This document shows, in pieces, positions 17,288 to 25,513 of a DNA stretch of 63,357 bases (position 1 is the stretch's first letter; each line of letters begins with the position of its first letter). The DNA is from a virus (taxonomy: Duplodnaviria > Caudoviricetes): IMG/VR virus record IMGVR_UViG_3300025000_000098, positions 1 through 63,357 of that record; one strand, written 5' to 3'. Position numbers and translations under genes: made by a program. The notes beneath the pieces are model-generated. The model had not been told where the DNA came from. It did not search any database and was given only the letters and a program-made list of their open reading frames with translations.

Positions 17288-17766
17288 CCCGCATCAACCT
17301 AGTCGAGCCAGCGGAGCTGTGCGACCAGCACTTGATAGCCGAGTGGCGCGAGCTGACAAGAATACCCAACGGTATAGTAGCTGGTAAATACACTGTCAAC
17401 CTGGCGGAGATCCCAGAGCACTACACCGTCAGGACGGAGGACAACCCGGACGGAGGCAAGGGGCACGTGAAGTTCTTCCTCAACAAGTTGAGGTTCCTGT
17501 CGTATCGGTACGAAGCAATCCGGGAGGAACTGTCTCAGAGAAACCTTGCCAGCCGCAGCATGTGGCCGGTGCTTAGTAATGGGTACTTCAAACTGCACTG
17601 CCTCTGGTAAGACTACACACCGACACCCGAAGCTCTTGCGCTCAACCGTAAGCGCATAGCAGAGCGGATGCCTAAACAACCGAGGTACGCAGGGGAGAAA
17701 ACTATGCCTGATGAGGCCAGTCACTGGCAGCACTGGAGCGGCCAGGACACAGAGGCCGTAGGATGA
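17284..17766 (+). pseudogene. denV: Pyrimidine-dimer DNA glycosylase (T4 endonuclease V-like) with in-frame TAA at 17608-17610
   Basis: MTRINL..EL.DQHL.AE.REL and GHVKFF motifs; similarity continues past the stop as DYTPTPEALALNRKRIAER. Confidence 0.85.
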
Positions 17767-17903
17767 CCATCAACTAAAGGAGGCCCACCATGACCAGCCG
17801 CTAACCCCGGCACCAGTACCCCAAAAACCAATCACATATCGTGCCAATTCACAGCCCTGTCTCTCTCACTGGGAGGCAGGGCACCTTTACAGGAGAGAAA
17901 ACT

Positions 17904-18092
17904 ATGGCTACTAAATTCGTGCAGGAACAACAGCGTCTGGAAAGTGAATATACTCACCGCGGAAGGGTTTTTGCTTCCGGGCATACATTTGCCTACGGTA
18001 ACGGTCGCGGGCTGCGCGGTAAGGCCGCAAAGAAAGCGCAGAAACGGGCGACACATCAGCGGCGGTACTACGCTGCCATGCGCAGTGCATAA
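17904..18092 (+). CDS. Small basic protein
   Basis: RBS AGGAGAG; Arg/Lys-rich C-terminus. Confidence 0.7.
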   Translation: MATKFVQEQQRLESEYTHRGRVFASGHTFAYGNGRGLRGKAAKKAQKRATHQRRYYAAMRSA

Positions 18093-18125
18093 TCCCTAAC
18101 CTCAACCAAGGCAGGAGGTAACACA

Positions 18126-18344
18126 ATGGACAAGCAGCCCACACCGACTGCCGCACATCTGCTTTTCTTTAGAAAGCATTTCTCCTTGAGCCAGGAGGCA
18201 GCCGCCGACCTGGCAGGAGTGTCCCGAGTCACCTGGTCACGCTGGGAGAAAGGCCACACGCCGATCCCTGGCCATATGCTGCACACCCTGAGGGGGATGG
18301 GGCAGCTCTTGAAAGATATTCAGAAGAGGGAGGAAGGGAAATGA
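18126..18344 (+). CDS. XRE-family HTH regulator
   Basis: LSQEAAADLAGVSRVTWSRWEKG. Confidence 0.9.
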   Translation: MDKQPTPTAAHLLFFRKHFSLSQEAAADLAGVSRVTWSRWEKGHTPIPGHMLHTLRGMGQLLKDIQKREEGK

Positions 18345-18577
18345 AGATTGTCACCTTAGCAAACGATTTTCACAATGTTGTAACAACGCTCAGGCCTAAA
18401 AATGGGAGATTGAGTGCACGGCAGGTTAAAAAAGTCAGGAAGGCACTTTGCGGGATTGCCGGATGTTGCTGCGGAGATGCCCTGGGTCGTCGCGGACCTC
18501 AGGAGAATGAGATTGAAGTACTCATTGATAGCCGCACAGGAGAAGTGACCGGGGCACTCGTTTGCGGAGGCAACTAA
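18341..18577 (+). CDS. Hypothetical protein
   Basis: Coupled ORF with LCGIAGCCCG motif. Confidence 0.7.
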   Translation: MKIVTLANDFHNVVTTLRPKNGRLSARQVKKVRKALCGIAGCCCGDALGRRGPQENEIEVLIDSRTGEVTGALVCGGN

Positions 18578-18580
18578 GTC

Positions 18581-18997
18581 ATGACACTCCAAGACACCCT
18601 ACGCCACTTCAGAAACAAGTATGCCCTGACCCGCCCACAAGCCAACGACTTCATGTCGTGGCCCAAGGCTACCTGGACCCATGTGGAGGCAGGCAGGGCA
18701 GAGCCGCCGGACGACATCGAGGAGAAACTCGCACGCCTTGCAACGAAACTCGACCTGGTGATGACCGCACCTGTCAAACGCTGCCCGCACTGCAAGAAAG
18801 ACGTAGCCCGCTGGGCTGCAAACGGAGGCACCCACTGCCCCTACTGTGCCCGGATATTCAGGAGGTCGAAGAAAACCAAGATATTCGTGCACCTCAAACG
18901 CAAACAGCCCAGCGGCACGGATCTGGACCGCAAGGCCCTGGTCGAGCTGGGGTACACTGTTGACTACAAACAGAAGAGAAAAAGGAGGGAGAAATAG
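18581..18997 (+). CDS. HTH-like plus zinc-finger protein
   Basis: LTRPQANDFMSWPKATWTHVEAG; CPHC...CPYC. Confidence 0.7.
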   Translation: MTLQDTLRHFRNKYALTRPQANDFMSWPKATWTHVEAGRAEPPDDIEEKLARLATKLDLVMTAPVKRCPHCKKDVARWAANGGTHCPYCARIFRRSKKTKIFVHLKRKQPSGTDLDRKALVELGYTVDYKQKRKRREK

Positions 18998-19173
18998 TGC
19001 CCTACAAAAGAAAGAAACCCTTTTTCCAAAAATATCAAACCGCTCTTATCAACCTGCTGACCATCCTTGTCTTCGCAACCCTGGTGCTGACTGCGATCAT
19101 GCTGACCCCGAGGGCGATAGAGCATCTGCAAGGTCACGATGTGACCGTAGTCAACGAGGAGGAGAAACGATGA
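18997..19173 (+). CDS. 58-aa membrane protein
   Basis: GTG start after AGGAGG; one transmembrane helix. Confidence 0.55.
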   Translation: MPYKRKKPFFQKYQTALINLLTILVFATLVLTAIMLTPRAIEHLQGHDVTVVNEEEKR

Positions 19174-19358
19174 AACTGTTTTGCAATTGCAACAGTAAGT
19201 GGATAAATTCGCTAAGCCCTAATGCATCACGGCAGCTTGTAGGGCCGGAAACTCGCACAGGGCACACGCTCGGAGGCTGCCCTACTTGTGGACTGCGTTA
19301 CTGGATCGAGGCTGATTACGAGAACATGATGCACGACCTGAAGAGCATGAACACATGA
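19170..19358 (+). CDS. Small Cys-motif protein
   Basis: RBS GGAG; CNC...CPTC. Confidence 0.6.
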   Translation: MKLFCNCNSKWINSLSPNASRQLVGPETRTGHTLGGCPTCGLRYWIEADYENMMHDLKSMNT

Positions 19359-19558
19359 CACCGGCAGAGATAAGAGACCTCCGCCGTATGCTGGGCCGGA
19401 CCCAGCGAGGCATGGCCGACATCATTGAGACCACCAACGTAACCTGGGGCCGGTGGGAGAGGGGGGAGACCGTCCCCCTGCCGGTCTTTGAGGAGAAACT
19501 GCAAAAACTCTTCGCTTTTGCGAAGAAACAGGAAGAGGAGGGAGAGAATGAACTATGA
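19355..19558 (+). CDS. XRE-family HTH regulator
   Basis: MTPAEIRDLRRMLGRTQRGMADIIETTNVTWGRWERG. Confidence 0.9.
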   Translation: MTPAEIRDLRRMLGRTQRGMADIIETTNVTWGRWERGETVPLPVFEEKLQKLFAFAKKQEEEGENEL

Positions 19559-19946
19559 CCAACTGAAAAGATACGACCTGACGCCGGATGAAGCCCGACT
19601 CATACTGGACTGGTTTGAGGCCGCTGCGTCAAAAGCGTTGGAAGACGGTATTAGGCTTGTCCAAAAAGACTACGTCCTCGCCGGAGCCCTTTACAAATTC
19701 AGAGGCCAGCAACCGCCGCCAAGACTCCGCCATTTAATTCCTGCGGAATCTCCTCAAACCCTCCCAGCCGGTCAGATGCACCGATGGTTGCTCGACCACA
19801 AGTACACTCCTGATGATACAGGAGCATGGGTGTCTCCTGACGTTGGCCTTGATTTCATGCCCGGGATGTGGCAATACTGCGGCGGCACCGACCTGGGCGG
19901 CTTCAAGTGGCCGCCTGAATGGTTCGTGAAGGGGGAAAGCGCGTGA
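19548..19946 (+). CDS. Hypothetical protein
   Basis: RBS GGAG; coupled ORF. Confidence 0.7.
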   Translation: MNYDQLKRYDLTPDEARLILDWFEAAASKALEDGIRLVQKDYVLAGALYKFRGQQPPPRLRHLIPAESPQTLPAGQMHRWLLDHKYTPDDTGAWVSPDVGLDFMPGMWQYCGGTDLGGFKWPPEWFVKGESA

Positions 19947-20218
19947 AGATCCTTATAGTAGGCCCGGACACAAAAACAACCCGATGGTTCTATGACATCC
20001 TCAAGGCCGCACACCCCGGCGTAGAGATAGTCCGGCAAGATGCGTTGCCAGACCCTGGGGAGGGGCAGCAAGTAACAGGCGCGTGGATAGACGAGGCGGC
20101 GGATTTCCGACCGACAGGCAAAGACCTGGTGGAGAAAGCTATGTCTCATGTGGAGGTGTACAATTTCTCAAAGCTGGAAAAAGTTATGCACCCTTGGAGC
20201 CGGAGAAAGAAACGATGA
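19943..20218 (+). CDS. Hypothetical protein
   Basis: GTGA overlap; contains GAWIDEAA. Confidence 0.6.
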   Translation: MKILIVGPDTKTTRWFYDILKAAHPGVEIVRQDALPDPGEGQQVTGAWIDEAADFRPTGKDLVEKAMSHVEVYNFSKLEKVMHPWSRRKKR

Positions 20219-20682
20219 GAGACCGCACTGGAGCAAACAATAGCAACTACAGACACGGAGAGTGCGTCGGGGGCACTTCGAAGCTATACCAAATTCACAA
20301 AGAAATAGTGCGCCGATGCACCTGCCCCGCGCATAAGCGGTACGCTGACTATGGCGGTAGAGGGATAGATGTTGACCCGAGGTGGGTTGCCGACGTGCAG
20401 GTATTCATTTCCGATGTAGGGGAGCGACCGAGCAGTAAGCACTCCTTAGACCGCAAGAATAATTCCAAGGGGTACTGGCCCGATAACGTGAGGTGGGCAA
20501 CCCAGACAGAACAGGCAAATAATACGCGGATGAACCGGGTACTCACTTGTGAGGGCGTTGCAAGAACACTGAGTCAGTGGGCTGCGCATCTGCAAGTACC
20601 GGTCACTTCAATACATTGGCGACTACAAAACGGTTGGGGTGAGGAGCGAGCCTTGACTACTCCTTTTAGGAGGCGCAAGTGA
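20215..20682 (+). CDS. HNH homing endonuclease
   Basis: YGGRGI, SLDRKNNSKGYWPDNVRWAT..EQANN. Confidence 0.88.
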   Translation: MRDRTGANNSNYRHGECVGGTSKLYQIHKEIVRRCTCPAHKRYADYGGRGIDVDPRWVADVQVFISDVGERPSSKHSLDRKNNSKGYWPDNVRWATQTEQANNTRMNRVLTCEGVARTLSQWAAHLQVPVTSIHWRLQNGWGEERALTTPFRRRK

Positions 20683-22841
20683 TCAGAACTATTATAGATT
20701 TCGAGAGTGCCTATGGCAAGCATCCAGAGACCGGGGAGAACATCACCCTGTCCAAGATGACCACGGAAGAATATATAAGGCACAATAAGTTCAAAGTACA
20801 CGGTCTGGGCGTCAAAATTAACGACGAGCGCTCGTTCTACGTGTACGGGCAGGACTTAGTACATTTTCTCCAGACACACCCTTGGAAGCGATCCTACGCC
20901 ATCGCGCACCACTCTCATTTTGATGGGGCTATACTCTCCTGGCGGGCAGGTATTCGTCCGCTGTTCTGGGGCTGCACCCTCTCTATGGCCAGGGCGCTGT
21001 ATCCGCATGAGCCCTCCAGCCTGAGCAACGTCGCCCGCCTGCTGCAGATAGGAGAGAAAGGCCATGAGCTGGTCAACTTCGCGGGGAAGTGGACACTCGA
21101 CGCAGCGGAGCAGGCTGTCCTGGGCTCCTACTGTAAAAACGATGTAGACCTTACGGCGGACGCGTTCAACGCTATGAAGAAGCATTTCCCGGTGTCTGAG
21201 CTGAGGTTGATCGACCTGACTATCCGCCTGTTCACCGAACCGGTCCTGAATGTTGAGCGCGGGGTGTTGATCGACGAATATAAGCGGGAGCGCAGGAGCA
21301 AGAGAGCCTTGCTGAAAGCCTGCAACACTGACAAGACCGTCCTAGCCTCCGGTGATAAGTTCGCCGCCCTTCTCCTTACCCTGGGGGTGGGCCCACCGAA
21401 GAAACTCAGCCCCTCGAAAGTAAAGGACGGCAGGGTGAACCCAGAAGAGGCGGGAGAACCGCCGCAGGGCATACTGCCCAGCTTTACCCCGCCCAAGGGC
21501 GCGACGGCTGACGAGCGCCTGCTCCTGAAGGCCGAGAAGAACGCTTACCCATGGGCCTACGCCTTCGGCAAGAGCGATGAAGGGTTCAAGATGCTGCTGG
21601 ACCATCCTGACCCGCAGGTGCAGGCTGTAGTGGAGGCCAGGCTTGGTGTGAAGTCCACCTTGAAGGAGACCAGGAGCAAACGGTTCTTCAAGATTGGCAC
21701 CCGTGGGAAATTCCCAGTGTACCACAACTACTACGGAGCCCGGACAGGCCGAGACAGTGGCGGGGACAAGCAGAACACCACCAACCTGAACCGGGTGAAC
21801 CCGAAAGACCCGACATCCGGAGCCCTGCGCAAGTCCCTCTGTGCCCCTCCAGGCTATGTGCTTGTCGTCCGCGACCTCGGGCAGATCGAGGCGAGGAAAA
21901 TCGCCTACGTCGCCGGCCAGGAGGATCTGCTCAACCTGTTCAGGTCCGGTGGCGACCCGTACAACAGGCAGGCCACGGAGATCTACGGCTATAGTGTTGA
22001 CCGTAAGCTGGCGGATATGTGGCTGGAAGGGCTGGTAGGGAAAGCCTCGGTGCTCGGTAACGGGTACGGCATGGGCTGGGGCAAGTTCCAGGAGTCCCTG
22101 CGGGTGGGCTTCATGGGTATGCCCTCGTTGCTGTTTGACCGGGCAGCCGCTGAGAAGTTGGGAGCCGACATCGACGTGTTCAGTATGTCCCGGAGCTACA
22201 AGAAAGGCTACGGCACCTTGCGGGACGAAGCCCTGGCCGTAAAGCCTCTTAACGTGAGCGAGGAAGCCCACCTGTGGCACTGCGCGGCGGTCAAGCAGAT
22301 CGTAGACAAGTACCGGGCCAGTAACAAAGCCATCGTCTCCCTGTGGGGCGAGGCCGGGGCGGCACTCAGTGCGATCGTGCAGGGTGAAGAGAGGCCAGTC
22401 GGCAAGCGTGGGCTGGTGTCCACCTGTAAGGAAGGGTTCCTTCTCCCCAACGGCATGAAGATCAGGTACCACAAGCTGCGCAGCAACGAGAGCGGCGAGT
22501 TCCGCTACCTGTCCAACGCCCGGAAGAAAGAGTGGTCGTACCTCTACGGCGGTAAAGCGGTGGAGAACATTATCCAAGCCCTGGCCCGGATCGTCCTCAC
22601 CGACCAGATGCTGAACATCGACGGGTGGCTCAAGCTGCAGCGTAAGTACGACTCACGGCGATACTATCAGGTTGTTACGTCGACCTACGACGAGGTGGTG
22701 TGCTGCGTCCCTGAGTACCGGGCAGAGGACTGTATGGAGATGATGAAGACAGAGATGGCAACCGCCCCTGAGTGGTGCTACGACCTGCCTTTAAAAAGCT
22801 CGGGCGGGTACGCAGTCAGTTACGGGGACTGCGAAAAATAA
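20679..22841 (+). CDS. Family A DNA polymerase with 3'-5' exonuclease
   Basis: ExoI DFES, motif A DLGQIEAR, motif B KASVLGNGYG, ENIIQ, motif C YDE. Confidence 0.93.
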   Translation: MIRTIIDFESAYGKHPETGENITLSKMTTEEYIRHNKFKVHGLGVKINDERSFYVYGQDLVHFLQTHPWKRSYAIAHHSHFDGAILSWRAGIRPLFWGCTLSMARALYPHEPSSLSNVARLLQIGEKGHELVNFAGKWTLDAAEQAVLGSYCKNDVDLTADAFNAMKKHFPVSELRLIDLTIRLFTEPVLNVERGVLIDEYKRERRSKRALLKACNTDKTVLASGDKFAALLLTLGVGPPKKLSPSKVKDGRVNPEEAGEPPQGILPSFTPPKGATADERLLLKAEKNAYPWAYAFGKSDEGFKMLLDHPDPQVQAVVEARLGVKSTLKETRSKRFFKIGTRGKFPVYHNYYGARTGRDSGGDKQNTTNLNRVNPKDPTSGALRKSLCAPPGYVLVVRDLGQIEARKIAYVAGQEDLLNLFRSGGDPYNRQATEIYGYSVDRKLADMWLEGLVGKASVLGNGYGMGWGKFQESLRVGFMGMPSLLFDRAAAEKLGADIDVFSMSRSYKKGYGTLRDEALAVKPLNVSEEAHLWHCAAVKQIVDKYRASNKAIVSLWGEAGAALSAIVQGEERPVGKRGLVSTCKEGFLLPNGMKIRYHKLRSNESGEFRYLSNARKKEWSYLYGGKAVENIIQALARIVLTDQMLNIDGWLKLQRKYDSRRYYQVVTSTYDEVVCCVPEYRAEDCMEMMKTEMATAPEWCYDLPLKSSGGYAVSYGDCEK

Positions 22842-22854
22842 ACAGGAGGGGAGT

Positions 22855-23061
22855 ATGCCGGAAACAAGAGCAGGCCGTTCGTGGACAAAGGAAGAGGAAG
22901 AAGACCTTCTCTATAAGCTCGCAGAACTGGTCGATGATTACTCTTTGCAGGTAAGGCGTACCCCTGGAGCAATAGCAGCCAGAATGGAAAAACTCCTGGA
23001 TGGTAGCGCTGTACACAAAGCCGTCCGAGAGATCAGGAACGACCGGAAATATTATTCATAA
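22855..23061 (+). CDS. Small Myb-like helical protein
   Basis: RAGRSWTKEEEEDL...RTPGAIAAR. Confidence 0.65.
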   Translation: MPETRAGRSWTKEEEEDLLYKLAELVDDYSLQVRRTPGAIAARMEKLLDGSAVHKAVREIRNDRKYYS

Positions 23062-23081
23062 AACTTAACAGGAGAAATGCT

Positions 23082-23396
23082 ATGGAAGAGGAAATAGTAG
23101 CAATATTTACAACAGAGACAGCGCGCTGGAATGAGAACCTTGAAGAGTACGTAGATCGTGAGTCTCGCACAGAGGTGAAAGACATAAAGATGGTCGTCGA
23201 AACAAGAGACGACAAAGCGATCCTTCGTTTCGTCGGAGGGCCTACAGGGTATGAATCATATTACATTGAAGACCTTGACGGATGGAAAGACCGAGTCGGG
23301 AGCTTCTGTATCTGTGGAGGGACTGTAAACCGATGGCCGAAGTGTGAGGTGCATTGGCCTGACGTACAGAGGTTCCTTGTAGCAAACGGCTTCTAA
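23082..23396 (+). CDS. Hypothetical protein
   Basis: RBS AGGAGA; 104 aa. Confidence 0.7.
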   Translation: MEEEIVAIFTTETARWNENLEEYVDRESRTEVKDIKMVVETRDDKAILRFVGGPTGYESYYIEDLDGWKDRVGSFCICGGTVNRWPKCEVHWPDVQRFLVANGF

Positions 23397-23420
23397 AAAG
23401 TAATCCCCCTAACGTTTTCA

Positions 23421-23450
23421 GTTGACATAAAGTTGTCAACCGTGTAACAT
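23421..23450 (+). promoter_or_regulatory. Promoter with overlapping inverted repeat
   Basis: TTGACA-17-TAACAT; GTTGACA-N6-TGTCAAC spans the -35. Confidence 0.7.
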
Positions 23451-23469
23451 TCGGTTCGTGCGTTACCCT

Positions 23470-23530
23470 ACGCCTCTGCAGGACTAAATCTCTGGCTGGG
23501 ACTGACTTTCCTGCAGAGGCGTTACCTTTT
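23470..23530 (+). other. 14-bp perfect hairpin in leader (attenuator, processing site or sRNA)
   Basis: ACGCCTCTGCAGGA-N25-TCCTGCAGAGGCGT followed by TACCTTTT. Confidence 0.7.
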
Positions 23531-23546
23531 AGGAGAGAGGTGTGAG

Positions 23547-23891
23547 ATGGACGTTCGTCAGGATATACTTGATTTTATGCTGCACAGTAACTCCAAAGTA
23601 ATGCTTGCAATAAAGGAAACCCATTACATTAACGGAGCGATTTACCATGCAGCCGGTTTTGACACATCAATAGCGTTGCAGTCTATAGTATCTCCGGATG
23701 TGCTAGTGCTGGCTTCGAGAACACTTCCAGAGAAAGGGGTGAGCGCCGTTGGTAAAGTGATGACTCCACAACTGTTCGCTAACCGGAGGCCAATTCATGT
23801 TGGGCCAATACTTTGGATGTACGCTTACCGGAGAAACGGCTCGGTAGTCAGTTTGACTTTCCTCCCCAAAAAAGATCAGGAGCCCCTATGA
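23547..23891 (+). CDS. Hypothetical protein
   Basis: RBS GAGGTG; 114 aa. Confidence 0.65.
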   Translation: MDVRQDILDFMLHSNSKVMLAIKETHYINGAIYHAAGFDTSIALQSIVSPDVLVLASRTLPEKGVSAVGKVMTPQLFANRRPIHVGPILWMYAYRRNGSVVSLTFLPKKDQEPL

Positions 23892-24076
23892 ACTTCTGTA
23901 AAAACTGCGCGAATTATTGTGAGGACTTCGGCACCTGCCGAGCGGCCCGGGCACATCGGGACCTTGTCTCAGGCAGGACGTTTACATCCAATAAACCTGT
24001 CCACGAGATGCGCTACAGTGAGGCCTACTGCGGCTCCACCGGGAGGTGGTTCGAGAAGAAGGAGGAAGGGAAATGA
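23888..24076 (+). CDS. Small Cys-rich protein
   Basis: MNFCKNC...CGSTGRWFE; RBS AGGAG. Confidence 0.7.
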   Translation: MNFCKNCANYCEDFGTCRAARAHRDLVSGRTFTSNKPVHEMRYSEAYCGSTGRWFEKKEEGK

Positions 24077-24282
24077 TGAAATACATAGTAGAGCATGATT
24101 TAGTCACAGTGTACGACGAGGCTGAGTATGCCTCGGCAAACATGTTTCGGGCGTCAAAGGTAAATACGGTGGGAGACTTGCACAACTATTTAAATACTGA
24201 CCCCCACCCTGAATATCGGCTTGTGTCTTGCCAGTTTACATCAACAGGAAAATATGAGCTTGTCTGGGAGCGCAAAGAATGA
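24073..24282 (+). CDS. Hypothetical protein
   Basis: Coupled ORF. Confidence 0.65.
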   Translation: MMKYIVEHDLVTVYDEAEYASANMFRASKVNTVGDLHNYLNTDPHPEYRLVSCQFTSTGKYELVWERKE

Positions 24283-25019
24283 AACTCAACAAAAAAGGAA
24301 GGCCGTTCTCCTGGTCTTTCTCCTCCCTGACCAACTTCGAAGGCTGCCCAGCCAGGTATGCCGCCGAGAAGTTCTACTGCACCCTGCCATGGGTAGAGAC
24401 TGAACAGCAAAGGTGGGGCAACCGGGTCCATAAGGCAGGAGAGAACTTCATCAAGTGCATCCCCGATAAGGACGACGAGGCCCTCGCCCCTGTTGAGGCG
24501 TATGTAACAGCCATGATACGCTCCGGCCATCGCCTTGAGCCCGAGCTTGAAGTTACGCTTACGCGTAACTTGACCCCCACATCGTGGTTCGCCAAGGACG
24601 CTTGGTTCAGGGGGAAGTTGGATGTAGTCTTGACGAAAGTCAAGGAGAAAGCCGTTGTATACTACGATTACAAAACAGGCAAGATCAAAGACAGCCCGGA
24701 CCAGCTCAGGATCTGCATAGCAGCCCTGTCGGTCCTCAGACCGCAGATCGAGAATTTCGACGGTAAGTTCATCTGGACCGCGCACAAGCAAGTTACCGGG
24801 ATAAAACCTATCTCGAAGTCCGAGATCCCTTCGATCTGGCAGGAGTTCCTGCCCCGGGTCGAGCGGATGGAGCAGGCCTGGGAGAGTGAGAACTTCCCGT
24901 GTCGGCCCGGACCTTTATGTCCTTGGTGCGCAGTCCCTAACTGTGCCTGCAAAGGCGAGGAGAGAGGAGAGTATGAAAAGTATACTGGATGCAGTAGGGA
25001 TGTACAAGGTCGGAGATAA
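24279..25019 (+). CDS. PD-(D/E)XK Cas4/RecB-like exonuclease
   Basis: WSFSSL..FEGCP, GNRVH, GKLD, DYKTGK, QL, C-terminal CPWC...C. Confidence 0.88.
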   Translation: MKLNKKGRPFSWSFSSLTNFEGCPARYAAEKFYCTLPWVETEQQRWGNRVHKAGENFIKCIPDKDDEALAPVEAYVTAMIRSGHRLEPELEVTLTRNLTPTSWFAKDAWFRGKLDVVLTKVKEKAVVYYDYKTGKIKDSPDQLRICIAALSVLRPQIENFDGKFIWTAHKQVTGIKPISKSEIPSIWQEFLPRVERMEQAWESENFPCRPGPLCPWCAVPNCACKGEERGEYEKYTGCSRDVQGRR

Positions 25020-25173
25020 AAAGTATCCAAAAGTAAAGGTTGGCAAATTCACAATTTGTCGGCAGGACGAAGTAAGTGTGTGGATACAGGCCGACGAGAG
25101 CGGAGAAGGCGGGCAATTCAGTGACGCTCTTTTTGGGGATGTGGTTGCTGCTTTTTACGACAAACATTTCTGA
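24973..25173 (+). CDS. Hypothetical protein
   Basis: RBS AGGAGA. Confidence 0.6.
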   Translation: MKSILDAVGMYKVGDKKYPKVKVGKFTICRQDEVSVWIQADESGEGGQFSDALFGDVVAAFYDKHF

Positions 25174-25205
25174 AAGACTATTATCAAAGCACAACGAGGT
25201 TCCTT

Positions 25206-25364
25206 ATGCCAGATAACATAGTCCAACTCTTTGGAAAGTATCAAGACTACATAGAGGCCAGGCAGGACCGGGAGACCCTGCCCACTTTCGCCGAATGGCG
25301 GCGGGAGTGTGAGGAGGAAGAGGCGGAAGCGGTCAGAGTGACTGTGGAGGAGGTGCCGAGATGA
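25206..25364 (+). CDS. 52-aa micro-protein (paralog 1)
   Basis: RBS GAGGT; contains LPTFAEWRR. Confidence 0.65.
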   Translation: MPDNIVQLFGKYQDYIEARQDRETLPTFAEWRRECEEEEAEAVRVTVEEVPR

Positions 25365-25513
25365 CAACTACATACGAGTTTTACTTGGACTGGTGCGCGC
25401 AAAGCCAGACACTCAATCAGGAGGACCTACCTACTTTCGAAGAGTGGAGGAAGGCTTGGGAAGACAGGGAAGCGGTGGAATCAGCCGCAACAAATAAGGA
25501 GATGGATAAATGA
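25361..25513 (+). CDS. 50-aa micro-protein (paralog 2)
   Basis: RBS GGAGGT; contains LPTFEEWRK; ATGA overlaps. Confidence 0.65.
   Translation: MTTTYEFYLDWCAQSQTLNQEDLPTFEEWRKAWEDREAVESAATNKEMDK

Noticed and set aside
17608-17610. Genome-wide stop-codon reassignment
   Set aside because: TAA, TGA and TAG all end well-defined genes, long genes are intact in the standard code, and no suppressor tRNA was seen
18126-19558. Classical lysogeny module
   Set aside because: No integrase, ParA or divergent repressor pair with a peptidase domain
21342-22577. Long antisense ORFs (also 45623..46870, 38484..39494, 7348..8208)
   Set aside because: Shadows of GC-rich coding genes on the opposite strand, with no RBS or motifs
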